A stretch of DNA of 50,182 bases from Pseudomonadota bacterium (GCA_043798915.1 JAZDOG010000045.1:1-50182), one strand, 5' to 3'; counted from the first letter of the stretch, positions 9,230-19,276 are shown. Notes: generated by a model from the sequence alone, not told the origin. Made by a program: numbers and translations.

Positions 9230-10732
9230 CTATTTCACATACTTGTTCCCGTACCTCTTTTTCGCAAGTTCCTCCTTCTTCTCAGCCTTCTCGGCATCCT
9301 TCTGCGGATTGAGAATCGGCTCCAGTTCCATGGCCGCCCTGCGCTCCTCAAACTCGCGCACGCGCATCTGGGCCGGCTCCTGCCCTTCGACCCGGATGAT
9401 GGTGGGCTTGATGAAGACCATGAGTTGGTTGTTTTCCCTGGTGCGCGTCTTCGACTTGAAGAGATTGCCCAGCACAGGGATCCGCGAAAAGTAGGGGACT
9501 CTATTTTTACCCAGCGCATCGAAGTAGCGCGTGAGCCCCCCGATGACCGTTGTCTCACCGTCCTTGACGAGCACGACCGTGGCGGCGGTGTTGTCCACTA
9601 TGACAGGCACGCCCTGGACTGCCCGCGCGAAATCCGGCTCGGAGGTTGTCGCCTTGATGTCGAGCTTGACGAAATCGTGGATCGTGATCTGCGGCGTCAC
9701 GGTGAGCTGGATGCCGGTCTCGATCTGCTGCAGGCCGTTGCTGGCCTGCGTCTGCCCCCCCGCGGATGTGCCTATGTTGACCGTGCTCGATCCCTGCACG
9801 AGCAGCGTGGTGCCGCTCCTTATGTTGGCGCTCTTGCCGTTGGAGGTGACGATCGACGGATCCGACACGATGTACACATCGCCGCGCTGCTCCGCGGCCA
9901 GAATCTGGACATCGAGATTGGCGCCTTTAAAGAACGACCCGATGAGCAGACCGCTGGTCGGATCGGTGGCAGGGAGATTGACGTTCAAGTTCCGGCCCGA
10001 ATCCGCCTGCCCGACGCTTGTGACGCCGGCGACCCGCACCTTCGATGTGTCCCCGCCCTTGGTGAGCCCCCACTGGATGCCGAGCGAACGGCTGAACGTG
10101 CGCGTCGCCTCAAGTATCTTCGACTCGATCAGGACCTGAGCGTCCTTGATGTCGACGTCGCTGACGAAACGGCGGACGTTCTCCAGGTTTGCGGGAAGCT
10201 CCCTCACTGTCAGGGAGTTTGTCCGCTCATCTGAAACCACCGAACCCCGGGCGGAGAGGAGAGACTTCACCTTTTCCTGCATATCCTTGGCGTTGGCATA
10301 GCGAAGCCTGAAGGTCTCGGTCTTCAGATCCTCTCCGCCCTCCTTGAATTGCTCGCTCTTGCCGACCCTGATGACCCGGCCCTCCACCGTGTACTCGAGC
10401 GCATTAGCCTTCACGATGGCGGCCAGCGCATCGCCGATGGCTATGTCGCGAAAGCTGACGTTGACCATCCCCTCGACGCCCTCCGGGATGACTATGTTGA
10501 CCCCGCCAACCCACGCGAGGAACTGGAAGGCCTCGCGGAGGGAGGCCTGCCGAAACGAAACATCATATTTCTCGCTGCCGCCCATGCCGGCACGGTCGTC
10601 AGTCGCCATGCGGCTCGCTGTGCCCGTATCGAGGGGAATTTGCCCTCTTGCGCTCGAGGCGGCGAGGAGCCCCACCGAGAGCGACAGGGCCAGCGCAACC
10701 GCGATCCCGATCAGCCGGTTTCTTTTGTCCAC
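9230..10732 (-). CDS. pilQ: Secretin, PilQ-like (short form without AMIN domains)
   Basis: Signal peptide, N0/N1 domains (SFRQASLR, SDERTNSL), QVLIESKILE, GIQLTVTPQI, DGETTVIGGL and IPVLGNLFK. Confidence 0.88.
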   Translation of the reverse strand: MDKRNRLIGIAVALALSLSVGLLAASSARGQIPLDTGTASRMATDDRAGMGGSEKYDVSFRQASLREAFQFLAWVGGVNIVIPEGVEGMVNVSFRDIAIGDALAAIVKANALEYTVEGRVIRVGKSEQFKEGGEDLKTETFRLRYANAKDMQEKVKSLLSARGSVVSDERTNSLTVRELPANLENVRRFVSDVDIKDAQVLIESKILEATRTFSRSLGIQWGLTKGGDTSKVRVAGVTSVGQADSGRNLNVNLPATDPTSGLLIGSFFKGANLDVQILAAEQRGDVYIVSDPSIVTSNGKSANIRSGTTLLVQGSSTVNIGTSAGGQTQASNGLQQIETGIQLTVTPQITIHDFVKLDIKATTSEPDFARAVQGVPVIVDNTAATVVLVKDGETTVIGGLTRYFDALGKNRVPYFSRIPVLGNLFKSKTRTRENNQLMVFIKPTIIRVEGQEPAQMRVREFEERRAAMELEPILNPQKDAEKAEKKEELAKKRYGNKYVK

Positions 10733-10733
10733 G

Positions 10734-11111
10734 TCAGATACCTCCCCCCAGGGAGAGGACGATGACCTCGTCCAGCCTCCTGAGCTTCACCTTGCTCTTC
10801 TCGATGGTGTCGACTTTATAGCCGGCTATCCTGTCGCCCGGGCGGACGAGGTAGCCGCTGACGAGCGCGTATGCATTCCCCTCGTTCCTGTAGATGATGC
10901 CCGTGAGCTGAAGGTCCTCGGGCGCCATCTCCTCCGCTGAGGGCGCGCCCTTTGAGAACGGGTTCGAGTGCAATTTGCCCTCGTGGCCGGAGGTCTGGCT
11001 CTCGAGGCTCGACATGTCCATATCTGAAAGGGACTGGGCGACAAGAGTGGCACCGAAAAATATCATCGCCAAGCCGAGCGCCCCGGCAAATAAGCATCTT
11101 TTGAGTCTCAT
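10734..11111 (-). CDS. PilP/MshK-like periplasmic assembly protein
   Basis: Signal peptide, NPF motif and LQLTGII…ALVSG…GDRI (PilP/GspC-HR fold pattern). Sits between PilO-like and the secretin. Confidence 0.7.
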   Translation of the reverse strand: MRLKRCLFAGALGLAMIFFGATLVAQSLSDMDMSSLESQTSGHEGKLHSNPFSKGAPSAEEMAPEDLQLTGIIYRNEGNAYALVSGYLVRPGDRIAGYKVDTIEKSKVKLRRLDEVIVLSLGGGI

Positions 11112-11159
11112 AGACGCACCCTTTCCTGTTGATCTTTAACTAATAATGAATACGTCTTT

Positions 11160-11224
11160 TGTCATTCCTGCGAAAGCAGGAATCTCATTGTATACACGGG
11201 ATTCCCGCTTTCGCGGGAATGACA
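11160..11224. repeat. dRS3-like palindromic repeat doublet
   Basis: TGTCATTCCTGCGAAAGCAGGAATC…GATTCCCGCTTTCGCGGGAATGACA. The second unit matches ATTCCC-N8-GGGAAT exactly (11201-11220). Confidence 0.85.
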
Positions 11225-11266
11225 GCACGTGCATCCATTACTAGTGAAAGCTCAATAAGCCCTCCT

Positions 11267-11863
11267 TCAGTGCTTCACTATATAGAGCTCTATACTCAGT
11301 ATGGTGTTCAAGTTCGAATGCGAATCCTTGTCGCTCTTCACGCCAATCGACTTGACTACCAAGGGGCGATCTATGGCTTCGATCGCCTCCATATAATTCT
11401 GGATGCTGGAATATTGTCCGGCGAAATCGATGCCGACCGGCACCACCAGGTAAGTCGCCTTGTCAATGCGGTTGCCGACCGTGACATTCTTTATCTTCAC
11501 GCGTTTTGCCAGGAGGCCGGTGGCCATCATCCCGACGACCGAGTTTATCTCCTCAGACGGATCGGAGACACGCCGCTCGAGCACGCCCTTTGCGCGCGCG
11601 TCGCCCTTCGGTGACGCCTTGGGTTCGCTCTGCCGTTTGGAGAGCTGCGTCTGTGTCGCGTCGATGAGCTTCTTGACCGCATCCGCTTGCTGCTCCAGAC
11701 CCGCAAGCTCAGAGCCCAAAAGCTTCGTCTTCTTCACGTGCGGCGACCAGAGGTAGTTGGAAAAGATGATGAAGATGCCAAGGAGCACCGCCGCAAAGAG
11801 GACCTTTTCCCGAAGCACCGGCTCCTGATCCAGCTTTATCTTTGGCAATTGAACCTGAGGCAT
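11267..11863 (-). CDS. pilO: PilO/MshJ-like inner-membrane assembly protein
   Basis: REKVL plus one TM helix, a coiled coil, and a ferredoxin-like C-terminus (VPVGIDFAGQYSSIQNYM). Gene order agrees. Confidence 0.78.
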   Translation of the reverse strand: MPQVQLPKIKLDQEPVLREKVLFAAVLLGIFIIFSNYLWSPHVKKTKLLGSELAGLEQQADAVKKLIDATQTQLSKRQSEPKASPKGDARAKGVLERRVSDPSEEINSVVGMMATGLLAKRVKIKNVTVGNRIDKATYLVVPVGIDFAGQYSSIQNYMEAIEAIDRPLVVKSIGVKSDKDSHSNLNTILSIELYIVKH

Positions 11864-11867
11864 CGCT

Positions 11868-12449
11868 TTAGAAACTCCCTTGCTGAAATTTCTTCATGAC
11901 GGGCACCGTGAATATCTCGTACTCGAAAAAACCCCCGGCCACAGTTGCCATCTTGGCGCTTGCCAGCTCGGTCTGTTTAAACGCACCGCCGGACTCGAGC
12001 TGCATGATGAAGGAGCTGAGCGCCCGCTGGGACTTCGCCTTCACCCTGATGTCGAGCTTGGGTTCCCCATCCTTCTCCTGCTTTACCTCGATCGACTCCA
12101 GCCACATCTGCGGCGGAACGTCTCGCGCCAGGGCCTTCAGAACCCTGGACCAGAGAACCCTCTTCGCCAGAATGGCGGTCAGGTCATCCTGCGTCGCAGT
12201 TCCCATATTCTCCTTCCCAAGCACAGAAAGCAATTCCAGCTGCCTGTTCTTCTGCTCGGTAAGCTTTTCGATCGCCTTCTTGGCGACAGAGACGTCGCCG
12301 CCGACGCTCATCTCCCGAAGGAAGAGAAAGGCATAGAAGATGCACAGGAACGCCCCCCACCCTATCAGTATGAGCAGCATGCTCCTGTAGGTGAAGGCGC
12401 CCTGCCTCATCTTCAAAAAATTCATCCTCCTGTCTTCCAGTCCCTTCAC
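11868..12449 (-). CDS. pilN: PilN-like protein
   Basis: One TM helix, a coiled coil, and the WSRVLKALARDVPPQMWLESI PilN motif. Confidence 0.82.
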   Translation of the reverse strand: MKGLEDRRMNFLKMRQGAFTYRSMLLILIGWGAFLCIFYAFLFLREMSVGGDVSVAKKAIEKLTEQKNRQLELLSVLGKENMGTATQDDLTAILAKRVLWSRVLKALARDVPPQMWLESIEVKQEKDGEPKLDIRVKAKSQRALSSFIMQLESGGAFKQTELASAKMATVAGGFFEYEIFTVPVMKKFQQGSF

Positions 12450-12458
12450 GCATCCACC

Positions 12459-13568
12459 TCACGCAATGGCCAGCCCTACCGCCACCGCATACAGCGGCGC
12501 CCTTCGGACGACGTCTGCGGTCTGGCGTTCGGGCGGCAGGAGCCTCTTGAACGGGTTGAATATCCTCGTCTCGATCCCAAGCGTCTTCTGCATGTGAGTC
12601 ACGAGCCCAGGGTAATAGACGCCGCTGCCGCAGACATAGAGATCCTCGACGCGATCGACGGCATACATGATGCAGAAGGCATCCACCGACCGCTGCACTT
12701 CTATGACCATCAGGCTGAGCAGCTGCCCTACCGTCGCATCCATGATGCGATCCTGCTCGGAGAGCCCTGCCGCCTCCCCCGGAAGCGCACCTTCCGCCGA
12801 TTCTTCGGCCTTGCCCTTCATCCATGACGACAGCGCCTCCCTCGCGTGGCCTTCGTCAAGATTGAGATTCTGCATCACCAGCTTCAGCAGGGCTTCGCCG
12901 TTGATCCCGGAGAGAGGACGGGAGAAGAGCAGCGACCTGCCGCGCATCACTATGAACTGCGTGACCATATTTCCGAAGGCGACGCACACGTGGCAATTGC
13001 CATCGCTCAAGATTCCGTTCATGTGGAACGATGCCAGGAGCGCCGTCGCCACCGGCTCCAGCGACACGGCCTTGAGCCCGAGCGATTTCATGAGGGCGAT
13101 ATGCTCCTTGATCGCCTCCTGCGAAAGGCCGAAGGCCATCAAGGCAATCCTGTTCGCCTCGGAGTACTCGTCGAGCGGGGTGAAGCCGACGACGTACTGA
13201 TCGATCGAACCTTCGACCTGCTCCCTAAAATTCCAGCGGATCGCCTCGCGGAGGTCCGAGTCCGGCATCTTCGCGAACACCATCTTTCTGATGCACAGCG
13301 TCGGGTGCTCTATGCTGACCGCCACGCGGGTGAGCCCGCCGCCGATCTGGCGCATGGCGGAGCGGAAGCGCTGCTGCTCCATGACGCTCGCGTGTCTGAG
13401 ATCGATGTCCAGATCGCCGAAGGAAGAGAGCACAAAGCCCCCGTCGCTGCCCTCCACCACCCTTGCTATCCTGACCGACCTCCCCTCGACCTCGAGACCT
13501 ATCCGCTCCGGCTCCTTGCGGAAAAGCGCCTTCCACTGCTTGAGGTCGAGTGAACTGAAATCGATCAA
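12459..13568 (-). CDS. pilM: PilM-like actin-fold assembly protein
   Basis: IGLEV…, LREAIRW, EVQRSVDAF, YVCGSG and NPF…YAVAVGLA follow the PilM pattern. Confidence 0.85.
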   Translation of the reverse strand: MIDFSSLDLKQWKALFRKEPERIGLEVEGRSVRIARVVEGSDGGFVLSSFGDLDIDLRHASVMEQQRFRSAMRQIGGGLTRVAVSIEHPTLCIRKMVFAKMPDSDLREAIRWNFREQVEGSIDQYVVGFTPLDEYSEANRIALMAFGLSQEAIKEHIALMKSLGLKAVSLEPVATALLASFHMNGILSDGNCHVCVAFGNMVTQFIVMRGRSLLFSRPLSGINGEALLKLVMQNLNLDEGHAREALSSWMKGKAEESAEGALPGEAAGLSEQDRIMDATVGQLLSLMVIEVQRSVDAFCIMYAVDRVEDLYVCGSGVYYPGLVTHMQKTLGIETRIFNPFKRLLPPERQTADVVRRAPLYAVAVGLAIA

Positions 13569-14278
13569 GGTTCCATCTCCATTACATGATCGCGAACGGA
13601 ATCCATGGTTCCGCTCGGCAGATTCTTGCCGACCTCCAGGAAGCGCTTGTAGTATTCGATAGCCTTTGTCTTCTCACCCTTCTGCTCGAGGAGCAGTGCC
13701 ATGTGAAAATTTGCCTCAGGATAGGCCGGCGTAAGTTTGATCGCCTTCTCAAGGAGATCCTTTGCCCTGGCGTTGTTGCCGGACTGCATCTCCAGGACAG
13801 CCAGGTTGTTGAACGCCTCCGGGTAATCGGCCTTGAGCTCCAGGGCCTTTTCGTATGACTCGCGCGCCTTCACGACGTCGCCGCGCTTGCGCGCCACGAG
13901 CCCCAAGTTGTTCCGCAGCTCCGGATCGTTGGGAGAGAGCTGCAGAGCCGCGGAGAGGCTCGCCCACGCGGCGTCCATGTCGTCGGCGTTATAGGCGTCG
14001 ATGGCGCTCTTCTTCAGGCGCCCCACATCCTGTTCGCCGATGCTCTGTTGCGCGGCCGGTGACGTCGGCGGCGCCGCCTCCGGTTTCTTGGTGGGCGAAA
14101 GTTTTGTGTATGCGAATATCGCCACAGCGACAAACAGGAGGGCCCCCAGGATGATCGCCCTCCTGTTTGCGCTTCCGCCGGATGCGCCGATGGGGTCATT
14201 GAGCGAAGCAAAACCGGAACCGATCGGCGCCTTTGCCTGGTCCTGCGCCTTTTTGAGGGCATCGTGGATAAGCGACAT
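13565..14278 (-). CDS. Membrane-anchored TPR protein (MshN/ExeB-like N-terminus)
   Basis: MSLIHDALKKA N-terminus, one TM helix, and about 4 TPR repeats (NNLG, NNLA, YPEA). Confidence 0.82.
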   Translation of the reverse strand: MSLIHDALKKAQDQAKAPIGSGFASLNDPIGASGGSANRRAIILGALLFVAVAIFAYTKLSPTKKPEAAPPTSPAAQQSIGEQDVGRLKKSAIDAYNADDMDAAWASLSAALQLSPNDPELRNNLGLVARKRGDVVKARESYEKALELKADYPEAFNNLAVLEMQSGNNARAKDLLEKAIKLTPAYPEANFHMALLLEQKGEKTKAIEYYKRFLEVGKNLPSGTMDSVRDHVMEMEP

Positions 14279-14304
14279 TGTCTATCCTTCTCGCGTTTTT
14301 GCTT

Positions 14305-15156
14305 TCAGGAAAATACCAGTCTCCTGAAAAACTGCCACGGCGACGAAACTCTCCGGCCCTTCCAGTCGGCGATGGCGGCCTTCATAGCCTGGCGATCCAC
14401 AATATAGCTTTCGCGCACAAAGGCGGACATCAGCGCGCGATCGCACAAAAGATTTATGAGTCTCGGATAGCCTCTGGTCTCCACGTAGATCAATTTATAT
14501 GCCTTAGACTCGAAAAAAATCTTGCCACTGCCCCCTGCGATACTGATGCGATGGTTGATATAGCGCATCATCTCAATCATCGTGAGAGGCATGAGATGAC
14601 AGCGCGTAGTGATGCGCTGGTCCAGCTGTCTCAGCTCATGAGTCGAAAGCCTCTTCTGTAGCTCCGGCTGGCCGACCAGCAGTATCTGGAGCAGCTTCTT
14701 CTTGTCGGTCTCGAGGTTGGTGAGCATGCGCAGCGCCTCGAGCGACTCATTCGAAAGATTCTGCGCCTCGTCTACGACGACGAGGGCATTGCGGTTTTCA
14801 GCCGCTATCTTGATCAGGAAGCGGTTGAGCGCATCGATCTGTTTCTGGGGAGAATTGTAGCGGACCGGGATGCCGAAATCCTTGGTGATTGCCTTGAGCA
14901 ACTCCGGCACCGACAGCAGGGGATTCACGAGCAGCGCCGTCGCGATGGAGCTGTCTAACCGCGAGAGGAGCGCGCGAGAGAGCGTCGTCTTACCCGCGCC
15001 GACCTCGCCGGTGAGCAGCAGAAAACCCATGCGCTCCTTGACGCCATACATGAGCATGTCGAGCGCCCGCTCGTGCTGCTTACCTAAGTATAAATACTGT
15101 ATATCAGGCGTAATAGAGAAGGGACGCTCGTTAAGCCCGAAGAATTTCAAATACAT
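14305..15156 (-). CDS. ExeA/MshM-family AAA ATPase (no peptidoglycan-binding domain)
   Basis: MYLKFFGLNERPFSITPD, Walker A GEVGAGKT, Walker B VVVDEAQ, LVGQPEL and GYPRLIN. Confidence 0.9.
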   Translation of the reverse strand: MYLKFFGLNERPFSITPDIQYLYLGKQHERALDMLMYGVKERMGFLLLTGEVGAGKTTLSRALLSRLDSSIATALLVNPLLSVPELLKAITKDFGIPVRYNSPQKQIDALNRFLIKIAAENRNALVVVDEAQNLSNESLEALRMLTNLETDKKKLLQILLVGQPELQKRLSTHELRQLDQRITTRCHLMPLTMIEMMRYINHRISIAGGSGKIFFESKAYKLIYVETRGYPRLINLLCDRALMSAFVRESYIVDRQAMKAAIADWKGRRVSSPWQFFRRLVFS

Positions 15157-15177
15157 ACCCCCCCCGGTTTGGGACGA

Positions 15178-15206
15178 ATTATACTGATTTCATGCATGGA
15201 AGGCAA
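15178..15206 (-). promoter_or_regulatory. Putative sigma70 promoter of the pilus assembly operon (TTGCCT-17-TATAAT)
   Basis: Perfect -10 box and 17-bp spacer, about 21 nt upstream of the ATG. Confidence 0.6.
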
Positions 15207-15250
15207 AGAAAAACAGCTAGATAATTCCGGGGATTATCAACAATTTGTCT

Positions 15251-17431
15251 CTACATGATCGCGAGGCCCGCGAATTCGGCGATGAGCCTTTTCACGTCGC
15301 CGCTGGCAAAATGGACCGTCACTTTATGGCCGGAGCTGGTGCGCTCGCAGGAAGCGACGGTCCCCACGCCGAAGGTTGGGTGGCGAACACGGGCGCCCTT
15401 GGCAAAGCCCGCCGCCTGCTCCTCAGCAGGACGCTGGTCGAAGTCAAAGTCAGACCCGAAACTCGTGCGCTTCGGGGAGACTCCTCCTCGCAAGGTTTTT
15501 GTCTGCACTGCCACCCGGCTCCGCGACACATACTCGCCGGGTATCTCGTTTAAGAATCTCGACGCCACGTTGTATTTCTCCGCTCCGAATACGCGTCGGA
15601 GAAAGGCATGGGTGAGCGTCAGCTCTTCCTTGGCCCGCGTCATTCCGACGTAGCAGAGCCTTCGCTCCTCCTCCAGTTCATCCGGGTCATCCTGAGAACG
15701 TGCATGAGGAAAGAGCCCCTCCTCCATGCCGACCATGAAGACCTGCGGGTACTCAAGCCCCTTCGCGAGATGCAGTGTCATCATCGTCACAAAGCCCTTC
15801 TCTTCATCAATATCGTCCGAGCCGGAGACAAGCGCCACCTGATCTAAAAACTCCGCCGTGGGCGAAGTTTCGCCTGAAGGCCGGAATTCCGCCGCTGCCG
15901 TGAGGAGTTCATTTATATTCTCCAGTTTGGCCTCTGATTCAATGGACGATACCGTCGCAAGCGATTCGATGTAGCCGCTCTTGTCCAATACCGCGCGCAC
16001 GACGGCTTCAAGCTCCAGAGTCTGAGATCCGGCCCGCAAAGTCTCCATCATCCCACCGAACGCAACAAGCTTCTTTATCGCAGCGTTACGAATGACGTCC
16101 GACGACCCTGTCTGAGACACAGCTGAAAGAAGCGAAAGCCCGCGTTCGCGCGCAAAGAGCTCAAGCCTCTCGATGGTCGTCTTTCCTATGCCGCGCGCGG
16201 GGACATTGACAACGCGTTTGAAACTTATATCGTCTTCCGGTCTCACGATAAGCTTCAGGTATGCAAGGACATCCTTCACCTCAGCGCGCTCATAGAAACG
16301 CATCCCGCCGAAGATGCGATATGGAATTCCTTCGACGCGGAAAGCGTCCTCAAAAGGACGAGACTGCGCGTTTATGCGGTAGAAGATGGCGATATCACCA
16401 AACTTCCGCGTCCCAGTGCATGCCGAACTGATCTTTCTTGCCACACTTTCCGCCTCGCGCCGTTCCGATTCGCATGTGAGAACGGTTATCTTCGAACCTT
16501 CGGCATTATCGGTCCAGATGCTCTTCGGTTTCCTGCCAGCATTATTTGCAACGACCGAACTCGCGGCGCCAATAATCGTTTTCGTGGAGCGATAGTTCTG
16601 TTCAAGCTTTACAACCGTCGCGCCGGGGAAATCTTTTTCAAAACGCAGAATGTTCGATATGTCAGCCCCTCGCCATCTGTAAATCGCCTGTTCGTCGTCG
16701 CCGACAACACATAGATTGCCGGTTGCCGCCACCAGATGTCTGATGAGCCTGTACTGCGCATGGTTTGTGTCCTGATATTCGTCGACGAGGATATATTTCC
16801 ATCTGCGCCGGTGGAACTCGATCAATTCGGGATTCTCCTCGAACAGCTTCACCGCAAGTCTTATCAGGTCTCCAAAGTCAGCCGCGCCGAGTTCCCCAAG
16901 CCTTGCCTGGTATCTCTCGTATACGCGTGCGACTCGTTCAAGGTAAGGATTTCCCTTCGCAGTCGCGGCAAATTCCAGAGGGCCCGCGCACGCGTCCTTT
17001 GCCCTGCTTATTCTCTCAAGCGCGGATTGCGGCGTAAAACGTTCGCTGTCTATGTTGAGCGCAACCAGGCATTCCCTGATGAGCGCCTTCTGATCTGCAT
17101 CATCATAGACCAGAAAATCTGGACCCAAGCCCACCACCTCAGAATTCTTTCTCAGCCAGCGAAGGCACACTGAATGGAACGTCCCGGCAGTCAGTTCACG
17201 CGCAACGGGCCCGATCAGAGATTCGATGCGGCGCCGCATCTCATCGGCCGCCTTGTTCGTGAACGTCACCGCAAGGATCTGCGACGGATAGGCCGCGCCC
17301 CGCTCGATCAGGCGCGCGATCCGGTGGACGAGCACGCGCGTCTTGCCGCTGCCGGGGCCTGCGAGAACGAGCAAAGGCCCATCGACGTGCTCGACCGCCT
17401 CTTGCTGCTGGGGATTGAGATTCATCGTCAT
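15251..17431 (-). CDS. pcrA: ATP-dependent DNA helicase PcrA/UvrD
   Basis: AGPGSGKT, VDEYQD, QNYRS, TLHLAKGLE, EERRLCYVGMTRA, and the C-terminal RVRHPTFG domain. Confidence 0.95.
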   Translation of the reverse strand: MTMNLNPQQQEAVEHVDGPLLVLAGPGSGKTRVLVHRIARLIERGAAYPSQILAVTFTNKAADEMRRRIESLIGPVARELTAGTFHSVCLRWLRKNSEVVGLGPDFLVYDDADQKALIRECLVALNIDSERFTPQSALERISRAKDACAGPLEFAATAKGNPYLERVARVYERYQARLGELGAADFGDLIRLAVKLFEENPELIEFHRRRWKYILVDEYQDTNHAQYRLIRHLVAATGNLCVVGDDEQAIYRWRGADISNILRFEKDFPGATVVKLEQNYRSTKTIIGAASSVVANNAGRKPKSIWTDNAEGSKITVLTCESERREAESVARKISSACTGTRKFGDIAIFYRINAQSRPFEDAFRVEGIPYRIFGGMRFYERAEVKDVLAYLKLIVRPEDDISFKRVVNVPARGIGKTTIERLELFARERGLSLLSAVSQTGSSDVIRNAAIKKLVAFGGMMETLRAGSQTLELEAVVRAVLDKSGYIESLATVSSIESEAKLENINELLTAAAEFRPSGETSPTAEFLDQVALVSGSDDIDEEKGFVTMMTLHLAKGLEYPQVFMVGMEEGLFPHARSQDDPDELEEERRLCYVGMTRAKEELTLTHAFLRRVFGAEKYNVASRFLNEIPGEYVSRSRVAVQTKTLRGGVSPKRTSFGSDFDFDQRPAEEQAAGFAKGARVRHPTFGVGTVASCERTSSGHKVTVHFASGDVKRLIAEFAGLAIM

Positions 17432-19263
17432 TCTACGGTCACGCTCTTGGCCAGGTTTCTCGGCTGATCGACATCGGTGCCCTTGTGGTCGGCGACGTAA
17501 TAGGCCAAAAGCTGGAGCGGGACGGCCGCGAGGATGGGCGTGAGATAAGGGCTCGTCCTGGGAAGCGAGATCACGTCCTGCGACTTCTGCCGGATGATGT
17601 CGTCTCCCTCCGTGGCGAGGGCATAGACCTCCGCGCCGCGGGCCCTCACCTCCTCGATATTCGAGAGAAGCTTTTCATATGTAGCATCGCGCGGCGCGAT
17701 CGCCACCACCGGCACGCCGTAGTCGATGAGGGCGATGGGGCCGTGCTTGAGCTCGCCGGCCGCAAAACCCTCGGCGTGGACGTAGGATATCTCCTTGAGC
17801 TTCAGAGCGCCCTCCAGCGCCACGGGGAAGTTGGCGCCGCGGCCGATGAAGAGGACGTGAGTCGCATCCGAGATGCGCTCCGCCATGGCGCGGATCGCGC
17901 CGGAACGGGCGAGCATTCCCTTGACCAGTCGCGGGAGCGCGAGCAGCTCCTCCGTCCGCTCCGAGAGAGTGGCTGCATCGATCTTCCCCATCACCGCGCC
18001 AAGATGAAGCGCGAAGAGATAGAGGGCAGCCAGCTGCGCAGTGAATGCCTTGGTCGAGGCGACCCCGATCTCCGGCCCAGCGTGCGTGTAGAGCACGCTG
18101 TCTGCGTGCCTGGCCAGCGAGCTCCCGACGACGTTGCATATGGCCAGCACCTTTGAGCCCATCTCGCGCGACATGGTCTCTGCAGCAAGGGTGTCCGCGG
18201 TCTCGCCCGACTGCGAGATGGCGAGCACGAGCGTGCGTTTGTCTATCAGCGGCTCGCGGTATCGAAACTCCGACGCGAGATCGACCATGACCGGCATCCG
18301 CGCAAGCGACTCGATGAAATATTTGCCGACCATCCCGGCGTGCCACGATGTGCCGCATGCCACGATGGCAATCCGGTCGAACGCAGGTTTGCCGCCCACG
18401 AAGAGCGAGGAGAGCTCATTGAGCACGACCCTGCCTTGCTTCCTGTCAAGGCGGCCCGTCATTGTGTCCTCGATGCCCTGAGGCTGTTCGAATATCTCCT
18501 TGAGCATGAAGTGCTTGAAGCCGCCGCGCTCGGCCATGAGCGGCGTCCACGGGATGTGCTGCGGCTTCCGCACGATCTCCTTCCCGTCCTCGCCATAGAT
18601 CTGCATGCCGCCGGCGGAGAGGACCGCGTGGTCGCCGTCCTCCAGAAAGATCATATCCTTGGTGTAGGGGAGGAGCGCCGGGATGTCGGAGGCAGCGAAG
18701 CTCTCGCCCTTGCCCTGCCCCAGGACCATGGGGCTGCCGCGCTTGACCACATAAAGCCTGTCCTTGTCCCGCGCGTTCATGACGACGATAGCATATGAAC
18801 CGGTGAGTTTGTCGATCGCCTTCCTCACCGCTTCGAGCATCGGGGTAGCGCCGCCGCCATGGAAGTGATTGATGAGGTGGCAGATGACCTCGGTGTCGGT
18901 CTCGGAGGTGAACGCGTAGTCCTTGCCGCTCAGGAACTTTCTGAGTTCCATGTAGTTCTCGATGATGCCGTTGTGGACGACAACGATGTCGCCCGAGCGG
19001 TGCGGGTGGGCGTTCTCCTCAGAGGGCCTTCCATGTGTGGCCCAGCGCGTGTGGCCAATGCCGATCCTGCCTTCCATGGGGTTGGCCGCCACAAGTTTTT
19101 CAAGATTATCGAGCTTCCCTTCGGCGCGCTGGACCTCGATGCCGCGCGCTCCTATGACCGCGATGCCTGCGGAGTCATATCCGCGGTATTCGAGCCGCTT
19201 CAAGCCATCGAGGATGATGGGCGTCGCTTCGCTGCCGCCGACATAACCTATTATTCCGCACAT
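17428..19263 (-). CDS. glmS: Glutamine--fructose-6-phosphate transaminase (isomerizing)
   Basis: MCGIIG, GHTRWATHG, SQSGET, VASTK and PRNLAKSVTVE. Confidence 0.98.
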   Translation of the reverse strand: MCGIIGYVGGSEATPIILDGLKRLEYRGYDSAGIAVIGARGIEVQRAEGKLDNLEKLVAANPMEGRIGIGHTRWATHGRPSEENAHPHRSGDIVVVHNGIIENYMELRKFLSGKDYAFTSETDTEVICHLINHFHGGGATPMLEAVRKAIDKLTGSYAIVVMNARDKDRLYVVKRGSPMVLGQGKGESFAASDIPALLPYTKDMIFLEDGDHAVLSAGGMQIYGEDGKEIVRKPQHIPWTPLMAERGGFKHFMLKEIFEQPQGIEDTMTGRLDRKQGRVVLNELSSLFVGGKPAFDRIAIVACGTSWHAGMVGKYFIESLARMPVMVDLASEFRYREPLIDKRTLVLAISQSGETADTLAAETMSREMGSKVLAICNVVGSSLARHADSVLYTHAGPEIGVASTKAFTAQLAALYLFALHLGAVMGKIDAATLSERTEELLALPRLVKGMLARSGAIRAMAERISDATHVLFIGRGANFPVALEGALKLKEISYVHAEGFAAGELKHGPIALIDYGVPVVAIAPRDATYEKLLSNIEEVRARGAEVYALATEGDDIIRQKSQDVISLPRTSPYLTPILAAVPLQLLAYYVADHKGTDVDQPRNLAKSVTVE

Positions 19264-19276
19264 ATAAAACCTCCGC

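Noticed and set aside
11159..11614. 151-aa plus-strand ORF starting MSFLRKQESH
   Set aside because: Its start is a translation of the dRS3-like repeat and the rest is antisense to pilO.
15251..19263. Inteins, frameshifts or a glmS ribozyme in pcrA/glmS
   Set aside because: Both proteins have normal length and intact motifs, and only 13 nt separate glmU and glmS.
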